From a virus (taxonomy: Duplodnaviria; Caudoviricetes), in IMG/VR virus record IMGVR_UViG_3300022752_000014: a stretch of DNA of 64,000 nucleotides; one strand, given 5' to 3'. A program made the position numbers and the translations under genes. The first letter of the stretch is position 1. Every line of letters begins with the position of its first letter. The notes under the pieces are model-generated. The model searched no databases. It was not told the origin of the DNA and worked only from the letters and a program-made list of their open reading frames with translations. Positions 9,715-19,267 of the stretch are shown here, piece by piece.

Positions 9715-11058
9715 GTGCCACTCAATTTTCCGAATAGTCCTGGAATAGGAAGTGTATATACAGATGCCACATCAGGTTTCTCTTATGAATGGGATGGAAC
9801 TTTATGGAAAAGTTATAGTGCAGCAAGTTCATCAAATATTAAGATTTTAGATGATATTAGCGGAAGTTTCAATGGTTCCACTCAAACATTTACACTTACA
9901 TCTGGTGGAATTTCGTTTGTTCCTGCAAGTGCACAATCATTAATTATTACTCTTGGTGGTGTAACTCAAAAACCAGTAACTGATTATACAGTAAGCACCA
10001 CAAATATTACTTTTACTGATGCACCACAGGCAACATTAAGTTTCTCTGGTATTTCTCTTGGTCCTGCTGTTCCTCTCCCTTATGCAAATGACGGGAACAT
10101 TTATATTCGTAATACTTATACTGGCGCAGGAACTACAGGTCCTTTTAGTTTCCCAGAAGGATATACAGTAGGTTATTTGGATGTCTACCGCAATGGAGTT
10201 CGCCTACGTTCTGGTAGTGACTTTGTTGGAACAAGTGGAACAAACTTCTTCTTAACTGATGCTGCAGCGGTTAATGATGAAATTGAAGCTATTGGTTACA
10301 AAGTTTCTTCTCTTGTTCAGGCAAATTCAAATTTAGATAATTTAAATGTTACTGGCATTACCACTACTGGAAGACTACAAGTTACGACTAATGCTAATAT
10401 TGTCGGTATTGTAACTGCATCAAGTTTTGTTGGGAATTTAACTGGAACTGCATCAACTGCAAGTTTCGCAACGACTTCATTTGGATTATCAGGAAGTCCT
10501 AATATTACAATTGGAAATCTGACGGGTGTTGCTGCTACATTTACTGGTAATGTCTCTATTGCTGGAACATTAACTTATGAAGATGTGACTAATGTTGATT
10601 CAGTTGGATTAGTTACAGCTAGAACTGGCGTAAAAGTTACTGCAGGTGGTGTTGATATTACTGCTGGTGGTCTTAATGTCACGGCAGGTGTTTCAACGTT
10701 TGCTGGTATTACAACAGTTACTGGAGAGACTTTATTTGCAAAACAATTAAACGTTTCTGGTGTCGTAACTGCAACAGATTTTAATTCTTTATCCGATGTC
10801 AACTATAAAGAAAATATTTCTACAGTTCCTGACGCATTATCAAAGGTAGAACAACTACGTGGTGTCAAGTTTGATTGGAAGGAAAGTGGTCTTCCTTCTT
10901 ATGGTGTGATTGCACAAGAACTAAAAGAAATTCTGCCAGAACTTGTACACGGAGACGATCCTAAAACAGTGAACTACAACGGTATTATTGGTGTTCTTAT
11001 TGAAGCGATCAAAGAATTAAAAGCAGAAATAGAAGAGTTTAAGAAAAAAGATTCATAA
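9715..11058 (+). CDS. Tail fibre with C-terminal peptidase S74 intramolecular chaperone
   Basis: SDVNYKENI...LRGVKFDW...GVIAQEL...VNYNGIIGVLIEAIKEL at the C-terminus. Confidence 0.85.
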   Translation: MPLNFPNSPGIGSVYTDATSGFSYEWDGTLWKSYSAASSSNIKILDDISGSFNGSTQTFTLTSGGISFVPASAQSLIITLGGVTQKPVTDYTVSTTNITFTDAPQATLSFSGISLGPAVPLPYANDGNIYIRNTYTGAGTTGPFSFPEGYTVGYLDVYRNGVRLRSGSDFVGTSGTNFFLTDAAAVNDEIEAIGYKVSSLVQANSNLDNLNVTGITTTGRLQVTTNANIVGIVTASSFVGNLTGTASTASFATTSFGLSGSPNITIGNLTGVAATFTGNVSIAGTLTYEDVTNVDSVGLVTARTGVKVTAGGVDITAGGLNVTAGVSTFAGITTVTGETLFAKQLNVSGVVTATDFNSLSDVNYKENISTVPDALSKVEQLRGVKFDWKESGLPSYGVIAQELKEILPELVHGDDPKTVNYNGIIGVLIEAIKELKAEIEEFKKKDS

Positions 11059-11132
11059 ATACTTCTTGTAAGTGCCGAGTGGAGACACGAAGATGGCCAA
11101 GAGAACCTCTTGCATAATGGGAGGGTGAATAG

Positions 11133-11492
11133 ATGGCAATACAAATATCAGGAACTACTGTCATTGACAATAGTAGAAATTTAGCAAATATTGCTACATT
11201 TGACAGCACAATTGCATCTATTTGGGATCAAGTTACAACCACAGCAACATCAAAAACTCTTGTAAATAGGGAATACTGTGTAGTAACTGCTTCAGGACAA
11301 ACAATCACTCTTCCCGCATCTCCAAGTGCTGGATGGGAAGTTACGATTAGTGTTGGGGCTTTTTCCGATACTATTATTGGTAGAAACGGTCAAAATATTA
11401 TGAGCGTTGCTGAAGATATGACTGTTGATGTTCAGAATGCCACCATAAATTTAATTTTTATAGACGCAACAAGAGGTTGGAGGATTTCTTAA
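11133..11492 (+). CDS. Small fibre-associated structural protein
   Basis: MAIQISGTTVIDNSRN start; ITLPASPSAG...GRNGQNIM..AEDMTVD resembles T4 gp34-type fibre domains; GGAGG RBS upstream. Confidence 0.55.
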   Translation: MAIQISGTTVIDNSRNLANIATFDSTIASIWDQVTTTATSKTLVNREYCVVTASGQTITLPASPSAGWEVTISVGAFSDTIIGRNGQNIMSVAEDMTVDVQNATINLIFIDATRGWRIS

Positions 11493-12617
11493 ATGTCTAA
11501 TATTACTCAATTTTTTCCAGCACCATCATCCAGTTCTGGTGGAAAAACAATTTCTGGTTCAGGAAAATTAAATAGAGAAATTTATCTAGGACCTGCATCA
11601 GTTAAATGGATTGTCCCACCTAATATAACAGAAGTAGAAGTTCACTGTTGGGGTGGTGGCGGTAATGGTGGAACCGGATCAGGATCTGGTCTATTAGGTG
11701 GCGGTGGAGGTGGAGGTGGTGGTGGATATGTAACTCACGTTTACCCAGTGTCTGCGGGACAAGTTTTATCAATCACTGTAGGTGGTAATGGTGGAACATC
11801 AAGCGTAAGTTGCCCAGCACAATCTCCAACAAGCCCAATTAGTGCTACTGGAGGATCATCTGGATCTCCAGGACCAGGTGGAGCAGGCGGTTCTGGAGGT
11901 TCTGGAACATATTCTATAGCACCAGGAATAAGTACATCAAGCACTTTTGCTGCTTCAGGTGGAAGCGGAGGAGCTGGGTCTCCCAATTATTCTTATCCAT
12001 TACCTTCAGTAGGCGGCGGTGGGGGTGCTGCGGGTTCTTGGTTAGGAACAGGAGGAAATGGTGGTGCAGGTTATGCCTACGGAGCAACTGGCGGTGGTAT
12101 TGGTGGTCCAGGAATCACTGGCGCCGGTTCTGTATTTAATCTAGGTGGACCTGGAATCAAAACAACAACAGTTAAAGGTTATGCTCATACAGTTGCAATA
12201 TCAACTGCCTTTAATACTGCAATAGATTATGAACATTATAGAACTGTAACACAATCAATAGGATTTGGCGTTACAGCTTCATCAACTGCATATTGGTCAA
12301 ATTCATCAGATAAAATATCTGTGGGTATAACTACTGTACCTAGACCTTGGTTCTATGTACAAGATGCTGTAGGATTTGGTTCAATCGGAGGAGCTGGTTG
12401 GGGAGGTTACGTCACTCAATCAGGCGATGCTTATCGTGGATCCGATTTTCTTGGTGGCACTGCTAGTATGAGTGTACCGAACGTGACTTCCGATCTCGTT
12501 GCATTAGGTAATCCGTCTTCTGTGGGAGGTGGTGGAGGGGGAGGAAGTCAACATCCAAGCACGTCTTATACTCGTGGTGCTACGGGAGGAGTTGGTTGCG
12601 TTATAATTTATTACTAA
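11493..12617 (+). CDS. Gly-rich adhesin-like protein
   Basis: 374 aa; WIVPPNITEVEVHCWGGGG...GGGGGGY, ending GGVGCVIIYY. Confidence 0.65.
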   Translation: MSNITQFFPAPSSSSGGKTISGSGKLNREIYLGPASVKWIVPPNITEVEVHCWGGGGNGGTGSGSGLLGGGGGGGGGGYVTHVYPVSAGQVLSITVGGNGGTSSVSCPAQSPTSPISATGGSSGSPGPGGAGGSGGSGTYSIAPGISTSSTFAASGGSGGAGSPNYSYPLPSVGGGGGAAGSWLGTGGNGGAGYAYGATGGGIGGPGITGAGSVFNLGGPGIKTTTVKGYAHTVAISTAFNTAIDYEHYRTVTQSIGFGVTASSTAYWSNSSDKISVGITTVPRPWFYVQDAVGFGSIGGAGWGGYVTQSGDAYRGSDFLGGTASMSVPNVTSDLVALGNPSSVGGGGGGGSQHPSTSYTRGATGGVGCVIIYY

Positions 12618-12641
12618 TTAAAACTTAAGGGGAGTACTAAA

Positions 12642-13166
12642 ATGTCTAAATGGGCTAGAGTTAATTTAGAACAAAAATCACCTATTTTAGAAGTTATAAA
12701 TTATGATCCGCAAGGAGTTATTAATGAACAATTTCTAGATGAGTTTTTGCTTTGTCCAGATGAAGTTAATAGGGGATATGAATATAATCCAGAAACTGGA
12801 GAATTTACTCTTCCAGAAGGATATGCAAAGCATCCCCATTTTGAAGCTATGGGATATGTTCCACAAGGAGATTGTGAATTAGATGAAAATGGATTTATTA
12901 TTCTTCCACCTCCTCCACCCGCCCCACCCGAACCAAAATATATCTCTTTAGATGAATTTCGCTCTCAACTTACATTAACTGAAAAAATTCTCTGGGATAA
13001 TCCAGAATCAGGAACTGTGGTACAAGGAGCAACAATTAAAACCATTAAGCAAGAGTTTCCTCTTCTTGTTGAGGCAGAATCAACGGTAGAAATTCTTGAC
13101 TTACTTGAAGAAAAATCTATTATTGGTGAGGGAAGAGCATCTGAAATTTACAATCATTTTAATTGA
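12642..13166 (+). CDS. Hypothetical protein, possible fibre assembly chaperone
   Basis: 174 aa acidic ORF with a poly-Pro linker, following the adhesin gene. Confidence 0.45.
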   Translation: MSKWARVNLEQKSPILEVINYDPQGVINEQFLDEFLLCPDEVNRGYEYNPETGEFTLPEGYAKHPHFEAMGYVPQGDCELDENGFIILPPPPPAPPEPKYISLDEFRSQLTLTEKILWDNPESGTVVQGATIKTIKQEFPLLVEAESTVEILDLLEEKSIIGEGRASEIYNHFN

Positions 13167-13225
13167 GTTGAATTGTTAGACTAATATTAGATTTAATATT
13201 GAGTGTAAAGACTGAAAATGTTTGA

Positions 13226-13233
13226 TATAAATA
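13226..13233 (+). promoter_or_regulatory. T4-type late promoter
   Basis: Exact TATAAATA 20 nt upstream of ATG 13253. Many other genes have (A/C)TAAATA just upstream. Confidence 0.7.
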
Positions 13234-13252
13234 TCTAAAAAGTAATAATAAG

Positions 13253-14572
13253 ATGTCAAGGGCTTCCAACCTTGCGGGGTTTTCTACAAGTATTCAATCA
13301 GTAGCACCAAACAACTTGGTTGTCGGTGTTGTAACTGCTACAACTTTTAGTGGAAATGTAACTGGAAATGCAACTGGACTATCAGGAACTCCAAATCTTA
13401 ATGTTGGAGTTGTTACAGCATCAAGTTTTGTTGGAAACTTAACTGGAACTGCGTCAACAGCAACGGCGGCATCCACTGCTTATGGACTAACAGGAACACC
13501 CAACTTAAATGTTGGAGTTGTAACTGCTACAACTTTTAGTGGAAACTTAACTGGTATTGCAACAAACGTAAGAGGTAGTGCAGGTAGAGTACTTTATAAT
13601 TCTTCAACTGATACAACAGCAACAAGCGGAAACTTAACGTTTGATGGTACAACACTAGCAGTTAACTCAACTCCAGGTTCAAATACCAGCGCACTTGCAA
13701 TCACTGGAACTCCTTTTGGTAGCAACACCAAGAATGGATTACTTGGAGTTGGAACTCTTGGATTTACTGATATCAATCTGGTTGCAAACTTTGCAGGAAA
13801 TGTGAATAGTTATGCACAGATTATTCTACAGAACTTAAACAGTGGTAATGCTGCATCTGCTGACTTTATTGTTAATAGTGATAGTCCATTAGGACAAACT
13901 TATTATGGCGACTTTGGTATTAATGGAACTGCTTTTAGTGGTGGCGGTCCTTTTGGTGATACAAGCGGAACTTATCTTTATTCCAAAGGTGGAACTCTTT
14001 CTGTTGGAACTGATGATGCTCAAGATTTTAGAATTGCAACAGGAAGTGCTGTAGCAACACCAGTTACAAGAGTTACTGTAACAGGTATTGGTGGTTCTGT
14101 TGGTATTGGAACCACACAACCAACAACAACTTTACAAGTTCAAGGAAGTTCTACTGCAAGTGACACAAGACTTCTGTCAGTTGGAGAAAGAACAACAATC
14201 ATTAATGGAAACACTGCAAGTTTAGTTTATAATACTGGTGGTGGTAATATTGCAATCTGTACGAATGCAAGTGCTGATATTACACTTTCAGTGACTGGTA
14301 TTCCTACTGATACTTCTTTCAATAACACAGCAATTTCTTTTAGCGTGTTTATTAATCAAACTGGAACTGCAAGAAGTTGTACTGCAGTTACACTGAATGG
14401 ATTTAATGCAACTATTCGTTGGGCTGGTGGTTCATTAGGAAATGCCACTGCAGGTGTAACAACAACAAACGGAATGGATATTTACAGTTTTACTGGAATT
14501 AATACGGTAGGATCAGCATCAACAACAGCAAACTATTATTTACTTGGAGTGGTGAATGGAGGTTTTAAATGA
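13253..14572 (+). CDS. Tail fibre protein
   Basis: 439 aa; repeated VGVVTATTFSGNLTG units; C-terminal MDIYSF domain. Confidence 0.7.
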   Translation: MSRASNLAGFSTSIQSVAPNNLVVGVVTATTFSGNVTGNATGLSGTPNLNVGVVTASSFVGNLTGTASTATAASTAYGLTGTPNLNVGVVTATTFSGNLTGIATNVRGSAGRVLYNSSTDTTATSGNLTFDGTTLAVNSTPGSNTSALAITGTPFGSNTKNGLLGVGTLGFTDINLVANFAGNVNSYAQIILQNLNSGNAASADFIVNSDSPLGQTYYGDFGINGTAFSGGGPFGDTSGTYLYSKGGTLSVGTDDAQDFRIATGSAVATPVTRVTVTGIGGSVGIGTTQPTTTLQVQGSSTASDTRLLSVGERTTIINGNTASLVYNTGGGNIAICTNASADITLSVTGIPTDTSFNNTAISFSVFINQTGTARSCTAVTLNGFNATIRWAGGSLGNATAGVTTTNGMDIYSFTGINTVGSASTTANYYLLGVVNGGFK

Positions 14573-15663
14573 GTCCTCTAGTATCAAGGATTAATTATAT
14601 TCAAGCACTCATTAAAGCAAAAAAAGGATTTCCTTCAGTCCTCACTTCGGGAACTGTATCTGGATCAACATCTGTTGGGTCTACACTTACATACACAATT
14701 GCAACTTTTTTTGGAAATCCTACACCAACCGTTACCTACATTTGGTATTCTGGAGTTACACAAGTAGCATCAAATGTCACTACATATACTGTTCAAAATT
14801 CTGACTTGGGAAATACTATAACCGTAGTTGCAACAGCTGTAAATTCATTTGGGACCATATCTGCAACATCAAATGGGGTTGCAATTCCAATACCATTTGC
14901 CACCTTTACTGTGGATATTTGGGGTGGTGATGGAGGTGCTGCTTATATATCTCCAGGGCCTGGATCTGGTGCGGGTGGTGTAGGTGGAGGTTTCGCCCAA
15001 GGTGGATATGCAAGATATCAAATATCTGCACCTGTTTTTGCAAGTATGAGATTTTATGTTGGAGCAAGTGCAGGTGCTAATTCTACCGCGCCACCTATTG
15101 GATATACAAGAGGAGGAATCACTGCTTCTGCTGGAGGCGCTGGAGGTGCAGGAGGTGGAGGAAACTCTAGTGCTATAGAATATGCACCATCACCATCTGG
15201 TCCATATACTTGGTTAGCTGTTGTTGGTGGTGGAGGTGGAGCTGGTGTAGACTTGAATGGAAGTTATAACAGTGGTGGAAGAGGAAATGGATATGGTGGT
15301 GGAGAAAGTGCGAGTGGATCTGGTGGTTCACAAGGATCTCCATCTAATGGTGGTAATGGAGTAAATTCAAACCCACAATTTTCTGGAGCAGGTGGAGGAG
15401 GAGCAGGTGGTGGATCTGCTGGAAGTGGTTCTGGCGGCGGTGGTGGTGGAGCAGGAAATCAAAATCCTGCAGTAAGCATACCTGGAGGATATATTAATCG
15501 TCCATCATCTAGCACAGGTGGATCAAACCATCCACAAAATTCATCACGATCTTCACTTAATGGCATTGATGGAAGAATTCATATTATAACAGAACCAGGA
15601 TCTACTATTCAACTTGATACTGGATCTGCTTCTTATACATATCCAATTCAGTCATTTAAATAA
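14569..15663 (+). CDS. Ig-like plus Gly-rich adhesin-like protein
   Basis: ATGA overlap with the fibre gene; VGSTLT...YIWY...ITVVATAVN Ig-like domain followed by Gly tracts. Confidence 0.65.
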   Translation: MSPLVSRINYIQALIKAKKGFPSVLTSGTVSGSTSVGSTLTYTIATFFGNPTPTVTYIWYSGVTQVASNVTTYTVQNSDLGNTITVVATAVNSFGTISATSNGVAIPIPFATFTVDIWGGDGGAAYISPGPGSGAGGVGGGFAQGGYARYQISAPVFASMRFYVGASAGANSTAPPIGYTRGGITASAGGAGGAGGGGNSSAIEYAPSPSGPYTWLAVVGGGGGAGVDLNGSYNSGGRGNGYGGGESASGSGGSQGSPSNGGNGVNSNPQFSGAGGGGAGGGSAGSGSGGGGGGAGNQNPAVSIPGGYINRPSSSTGGSNHPQNSSRSSLNGIDGRIHIITEPGSTIQLDTGSASYTYPIQSFK

Positions 15664-15711
15664 AAATTTAATTAACCAATAAGAATAAATATTTAAAACT
15701 ATAAAATCAAA

Positions 15712-16047
15712 ATGTCTGTACCTGTAGTCAATATCGTAATTGAAAAAGGAACGGATTTTGAAGCGACTTATAAGGTCACAAATCCAGATAGTTCTGTTTA
15801 CTCATTAACGAATCAATCAGCAACAGCAAAGATTCGTAAGCACCCTGGTGCAACAACATCAAAGTCTTTTATAACTTCAATTACTTCTGGAATTGGTCAA
15901 ATCAAAATCTCAATGGCATCTACAATTACAGCACAGTTGAGTGAAGGAAGAAATTACTATGATGTGATTGTTACTAACGGAACAAGTGGTAAAGTTACAA
16001 AAGTTTTTGAAGGAACAGCAATAGTAAAAAATAGTATATCCATATGA
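15712..16047 (+). CDS. Conserved virion/baseplate-associated beta-sandwich protein
   Basis: VNIVIEKGTDF...AKIRKH...GRNYYDV...EGTAIV pattern recalled from cyanomyovirus proteins. Confidence 0.5.
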   Translation: MSVPVVNIVIEKGTDFEATYKVTNPDSSVYSLTNQSATAKIRKHPGATTSKSFITSITSGIGQIKISMASTITAQLSEGRNYYDVIVTNGTSGKVTKVFEGTAIVKNSISI

Positions 16048-16364
16048 CTTACAGTGTTTCGGTTTCTGGTATAACTTCTTCTTATTCAGTTGTAGTTGAA
16101 AGTAATCAATTTAGAGTTACACAGGAGACAGCAGCAATGGCAGGTAGTTTATCAGAGTTGTCAGATGTAGATACTAGTGGTATTCAGGATAGTTATGTAT
16201 TGATGTATGATGCCACAACACAAAAATACAAAGGAGTTAATCCCGATACGGTTCTTTCTAAAGCAACAACAGAGCCAATATCTCCAGGATTACCTGCGGA
16301 CTTTGAAGCACAATTGGATGTAGATTTAGATAATCGCATTAACCTTGATGGTGGTGGTTTTTAA
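16044..16364 (+). CDS. Hypothetical structural protein
   Basis: LSELSDVD motif; ends LDGGGF. Confidence 0.5.
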   Translation: MTYSVSVSGITSSYSVVVESNQFRVTQETAAMAGSLSELSDVDTSGIQDSYVLMYDATTQKYKGVNPDTVLSKATTEPISPGLPADFEAQLDVDLDNRINLDGGGF

Positions 16365-16396
16365 ATCAATAAATAATAAAAAAAGAGTAGAGAAAA

Positions 16397-18994
16397 ATGG
16401 CAGCTCCTGTTTTACAGTTTAAGAGAGGTCTAGCCACTAATGTTGGTTTAGCATCCTTTAAAGCAGGTGAACCCGGTTTTACAACCGATAAATATGATTT
16501 TTATATTGGTTTAGACGCAACTGCCACAAACCAAAAGTTTTTTGGTAGTGCTCGTTATTGGAAAAGAGAAGATGCAACCAATGCGGCACAAGTTAAATTA
16601 GTTGATAAAGATGGAACTAATTTTATTGGAATTGCTGCCTCCAATACTCTTTCAGGTATAGCAACATATCGTCTTCCAAATACTACAAACGGGACTACTG
16701 GCGACTTTTTAAAACTTAAATCAGCATCAGGTGGTTATTATGACTTAGAGTGGGCATCTGTTCCCTCTGGAAGTTTTACAATTAATGGAGACACTGGAAC
16801 TGATAATTTTACAACAGGCGAAACACTAACATTTGCTGGTACTGCGAAAGAAATTGAAACCGCAGTCACTAATAATCAGGTTCAAATTGGTCTTCCAAAT
16901 GACGTAGATATTGCAAATAATTTTAAAGTTACTGGTCTCTCAACTTTTATAGGTGCAGTTACAGGCACCATATCAACCGCAACTAGAGCAACAACAGTTG
17001 ATGTAACAACTGCTCCTAATGGTGTTTATTATCCTGCATTACTGAACAATTATGCAACTGCAAATGGATATACTGTTTATTCGGATGCTGGAATTTATTA
17101 TATTGCACAAACGGATACTCTTTATATTAATGGAAACTTAAGTGTCGGTGGTACTACTGGTACTTTAAACGTTGGTACTCTGACTGTTAAAGATAAAGAT
17201 ATTGTTCTTGGATTTACGACTGACGCAAATAATAATGATGTTTCTACTGACTCTACAGCATCTCACGGTGGTATTGCCATAGCATCAACCACAGGATCAC
17301 CACTCTTCAATATGCCTCTGGTGGGAGGAGGCATTAATAGCAATCCATTCACATATAAGCAATTTATGTGGATTGCTCAGGGTACAACTGGTTTCTCTGG
17401 AATGGGAACCGATTCCTGGGTGTCAAACTATCCTATTGCAATTGGCACTGCAACTGTACAAAATAACAGTAGATTTACAGTTGGAGCAGGTTATACATTC
17501 TATGATACTTATCTTGATGCAACAGCAAACGATCTTCGTGTAAGAAATATTAATGCCGGTATTATTACTGCAACAACATTCAGCGGCACATTTAGTGGTA
17601 ATTCAACATCAGCAGATCAGGTCAAAACTGTCACCGCAGCAAATAATGCAGCAAACTATTATGTAACCTTTGTTGATAGTCATAATGGTTCGGCAACAGC
17701 AGAAACCGTTTATACTGATGACGGCATTTATTACAACCCAGGCACTAATACTTTTACTACACAGTACGGTTACTTCACAGGCAACGTAACTGTTGATGGC
17801 ACAATCACTGGTACTGCAACCACTGCAACTCGCGCAACACTTATTGATACAACTGCAACTTCATCAAATGCAGACTACTATGTCACTTTTGTTGATACAC
17901 TTGCAGGACAAACTGGTGAAACACTAAGAGTTGGTGCTGGTCTATCAATCAACCCATCTACAGGTAATGTAGGCGTCAGCAGCATCCTCAGCGTTGGTAG
18001 TGTTAGTGCGGTTAATGCTTATATTAAAGCAGGTGGTGGTTCAAATGCACTGTACCTCTACAGCAATGGTGATGTTTCGTTCCAAGCAAAAGCAGTTGTA
18101 AATGAAATTAGAAGCGCAAGTGATTCTAATACACTAATTACATTATCAGGTCTAAATGCTACTTTTGCAAATCACGTTAAAGTCACTGGCATCACAACCA
18201 CTGGTACTTTAGTTCTTAACGGAACTCCTGGTGTTGCAATTACTGCAATTTCTTCAAGCACTACACTTGCAGAAAACAGCAACGCATATCTACCAACACA
18301 AGCAGCAGTTAAGGCTTATGTTGATGCAGTTGATGTAACAACTGGAATTGCTGGTGATACTGGCACTGGTACAGTCAATACATCACAGACCCTGACAATT
18401 GCTGGTACTGCAGGAGAGATTGAAACTTCTGCTTCATCACAAACAATCACTGTTGGATTACCTAATGACGTAATTGTTGGAACTTCTCTAAGTGCTCCAA
18501 CAGTTAAAACTGCAACTCTGCAGCACAGAAATGGTACGCAGGCTGCAACGATTGATACTTCAGGAAACATCACTGCATCCCAGAACCTGACCGTCACTGG
18601 AAACCTATACGTTAATGGTTCTACAACTCAAGTCAATACCACTTCAGTTACTGTAGAAGATAGAACTCTTGAACTTGGTTTAGTTGATGGATCTGCTCCT
18701 GGTTCAACAACTACCTGGGACCTAGGTGTTCTGTTTAATTACTATGACGGAAGTGCAAAGAAATCAGCACTTGTATGGGAACAAGGTGATGCAAGATTTA
18801 AGTTAGGTTCTGTTATTTCCGCAGGTGCTGATGGAACTGGAACCAGTGACCCACAAATCACCTTCTCAACATATGCACCTCTTGAAATTGGTGGTCTATG
18901 GGTCAATGACTGTGCAGGACAATCACAAGTCATTAACTGCACAGGTTCTACAAGAACTCTAGAGAACATCACCATTGACGCCGGAACTTTCTAA
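16397..18994 (+). CDS. Tail fibre protein (Mtd/hyaluronidase-like N-terminus)
   Basis: MAAPVLQFKRG...GEPGFTTD N-terminus; beta-rich shaft; ends IDAGTF. Confidence 0.7.
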   Translation: MAAPVLQFKRGLATNVGLASFKAGEPGFTTDKYDFYIGLDATATNQKFFGSARYWKREDATNAAQVKLVDKDGTNFIGIAASNTLSGIATYRLPNTTNGTTGDFLKLKSASGGYYDLEWASVPSGSFTINGDTGTDNFTTGETLTFAGTAKEIETAVTNNQVQIGLPNDVDIANNFKVTGLSTFIGAVTGTISTATRATTVDVTTAPNGVYYPALLNNYATANGYTVYSDAGIYYIAQTDTLYINGNLSVGGTTGTLNVGTLTVKDKDIVLGFTTDANNNDVSTDSTASHGGIAIASTTGSPLFNMPLVGGGINSNPFTYKQFMWIAQGTTGFSGMGTDSWVSNYPIAIGTATVQNNSRFTVGAGYTFYDTYLDATANDLRVRNINAGIITATTFSGTFSGNSTSADQVKTVTAANNAANYYVTFVDSHNGSATAETVYTDDGIYYNPGTNTFTTQYGYFTGNVTVDGTITGTATTATRATLIDTTATSSNADYYVTFVDTLAGQTGETLRVGAGLSINPSTGNVGVSSILSVGSVSAVNAYIKAGGGSNALYLYSNGDVSFQAKAVVNEIRSASDSNTLITLSGLNATFANHVKVTGITTTGTLVLNGTPGVAITAISSSTTLAENSNAYLPTQAAVKAYVDAVDVTTGIAGDTGTGTVNTSQTLTIAGTAGEIETSASSQTITVGLPNDVIVGTSLSAPTVKTATLQHRNGTQAATIDTSGNITASQNLTVTGNLYVNGSTTQVNTTSVTVEDRTLELGLVDGSAPGSTTTWDLGVLFNYYDGSAKKSALVWEQGDARFKLGSVISAGADGTGTSDPQITFSTYAPLEIGGLWVNDCAGQSQVINCTGSTRTLENITIDAGTF

Positions 18995-19015
18995 GGTTAA
19001 TACCATAATCTAAAT

Positions 19016-19044
19016 AGAGGGAGTTCATATCTCCCTCTTTTTTT
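19016..19044 (+). terminator. Rho-independent terminator
   Basis: AGAGGGAG-ttcatat-CTCCCTCT followed by a T run. Confidence 0.8.
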
Positions 19045-19212
19045 ATGACTGAAGATGACCTAAAAGCAGTTCTTGCAAAGTATCAACAAAAAGCATTTGA
19101 ACTGTTCAATCAAAATATTGTATTAGAAACTCAAGTAGAGCAATTGAATAAGACGATTGCAGACTTGCAAAAGAAAACAAAAAGAAATACAAAGGAAGAA
19201 GACTTTCAATAA
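19045..19212 (+). CDS. Small coiled-coil protein (55 aa), not in the ORF track
   Basis: MTEDDLKAVLAKYQQKAFELFNQNIVLETQVEQL...EEDFQ*, translated by hand. Confidence 0.6.
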   Translation: MTEDDLKAVLAKYQQKAFELFNQNIVLETQVEQLNKTIADLQKKTKRNTKEEDFQ

Positions 19213-19267
19213 ATAATAAAAACTCTTATATAAGAGTTTCTATGGTTTCTACCACACATAGAGTTGA

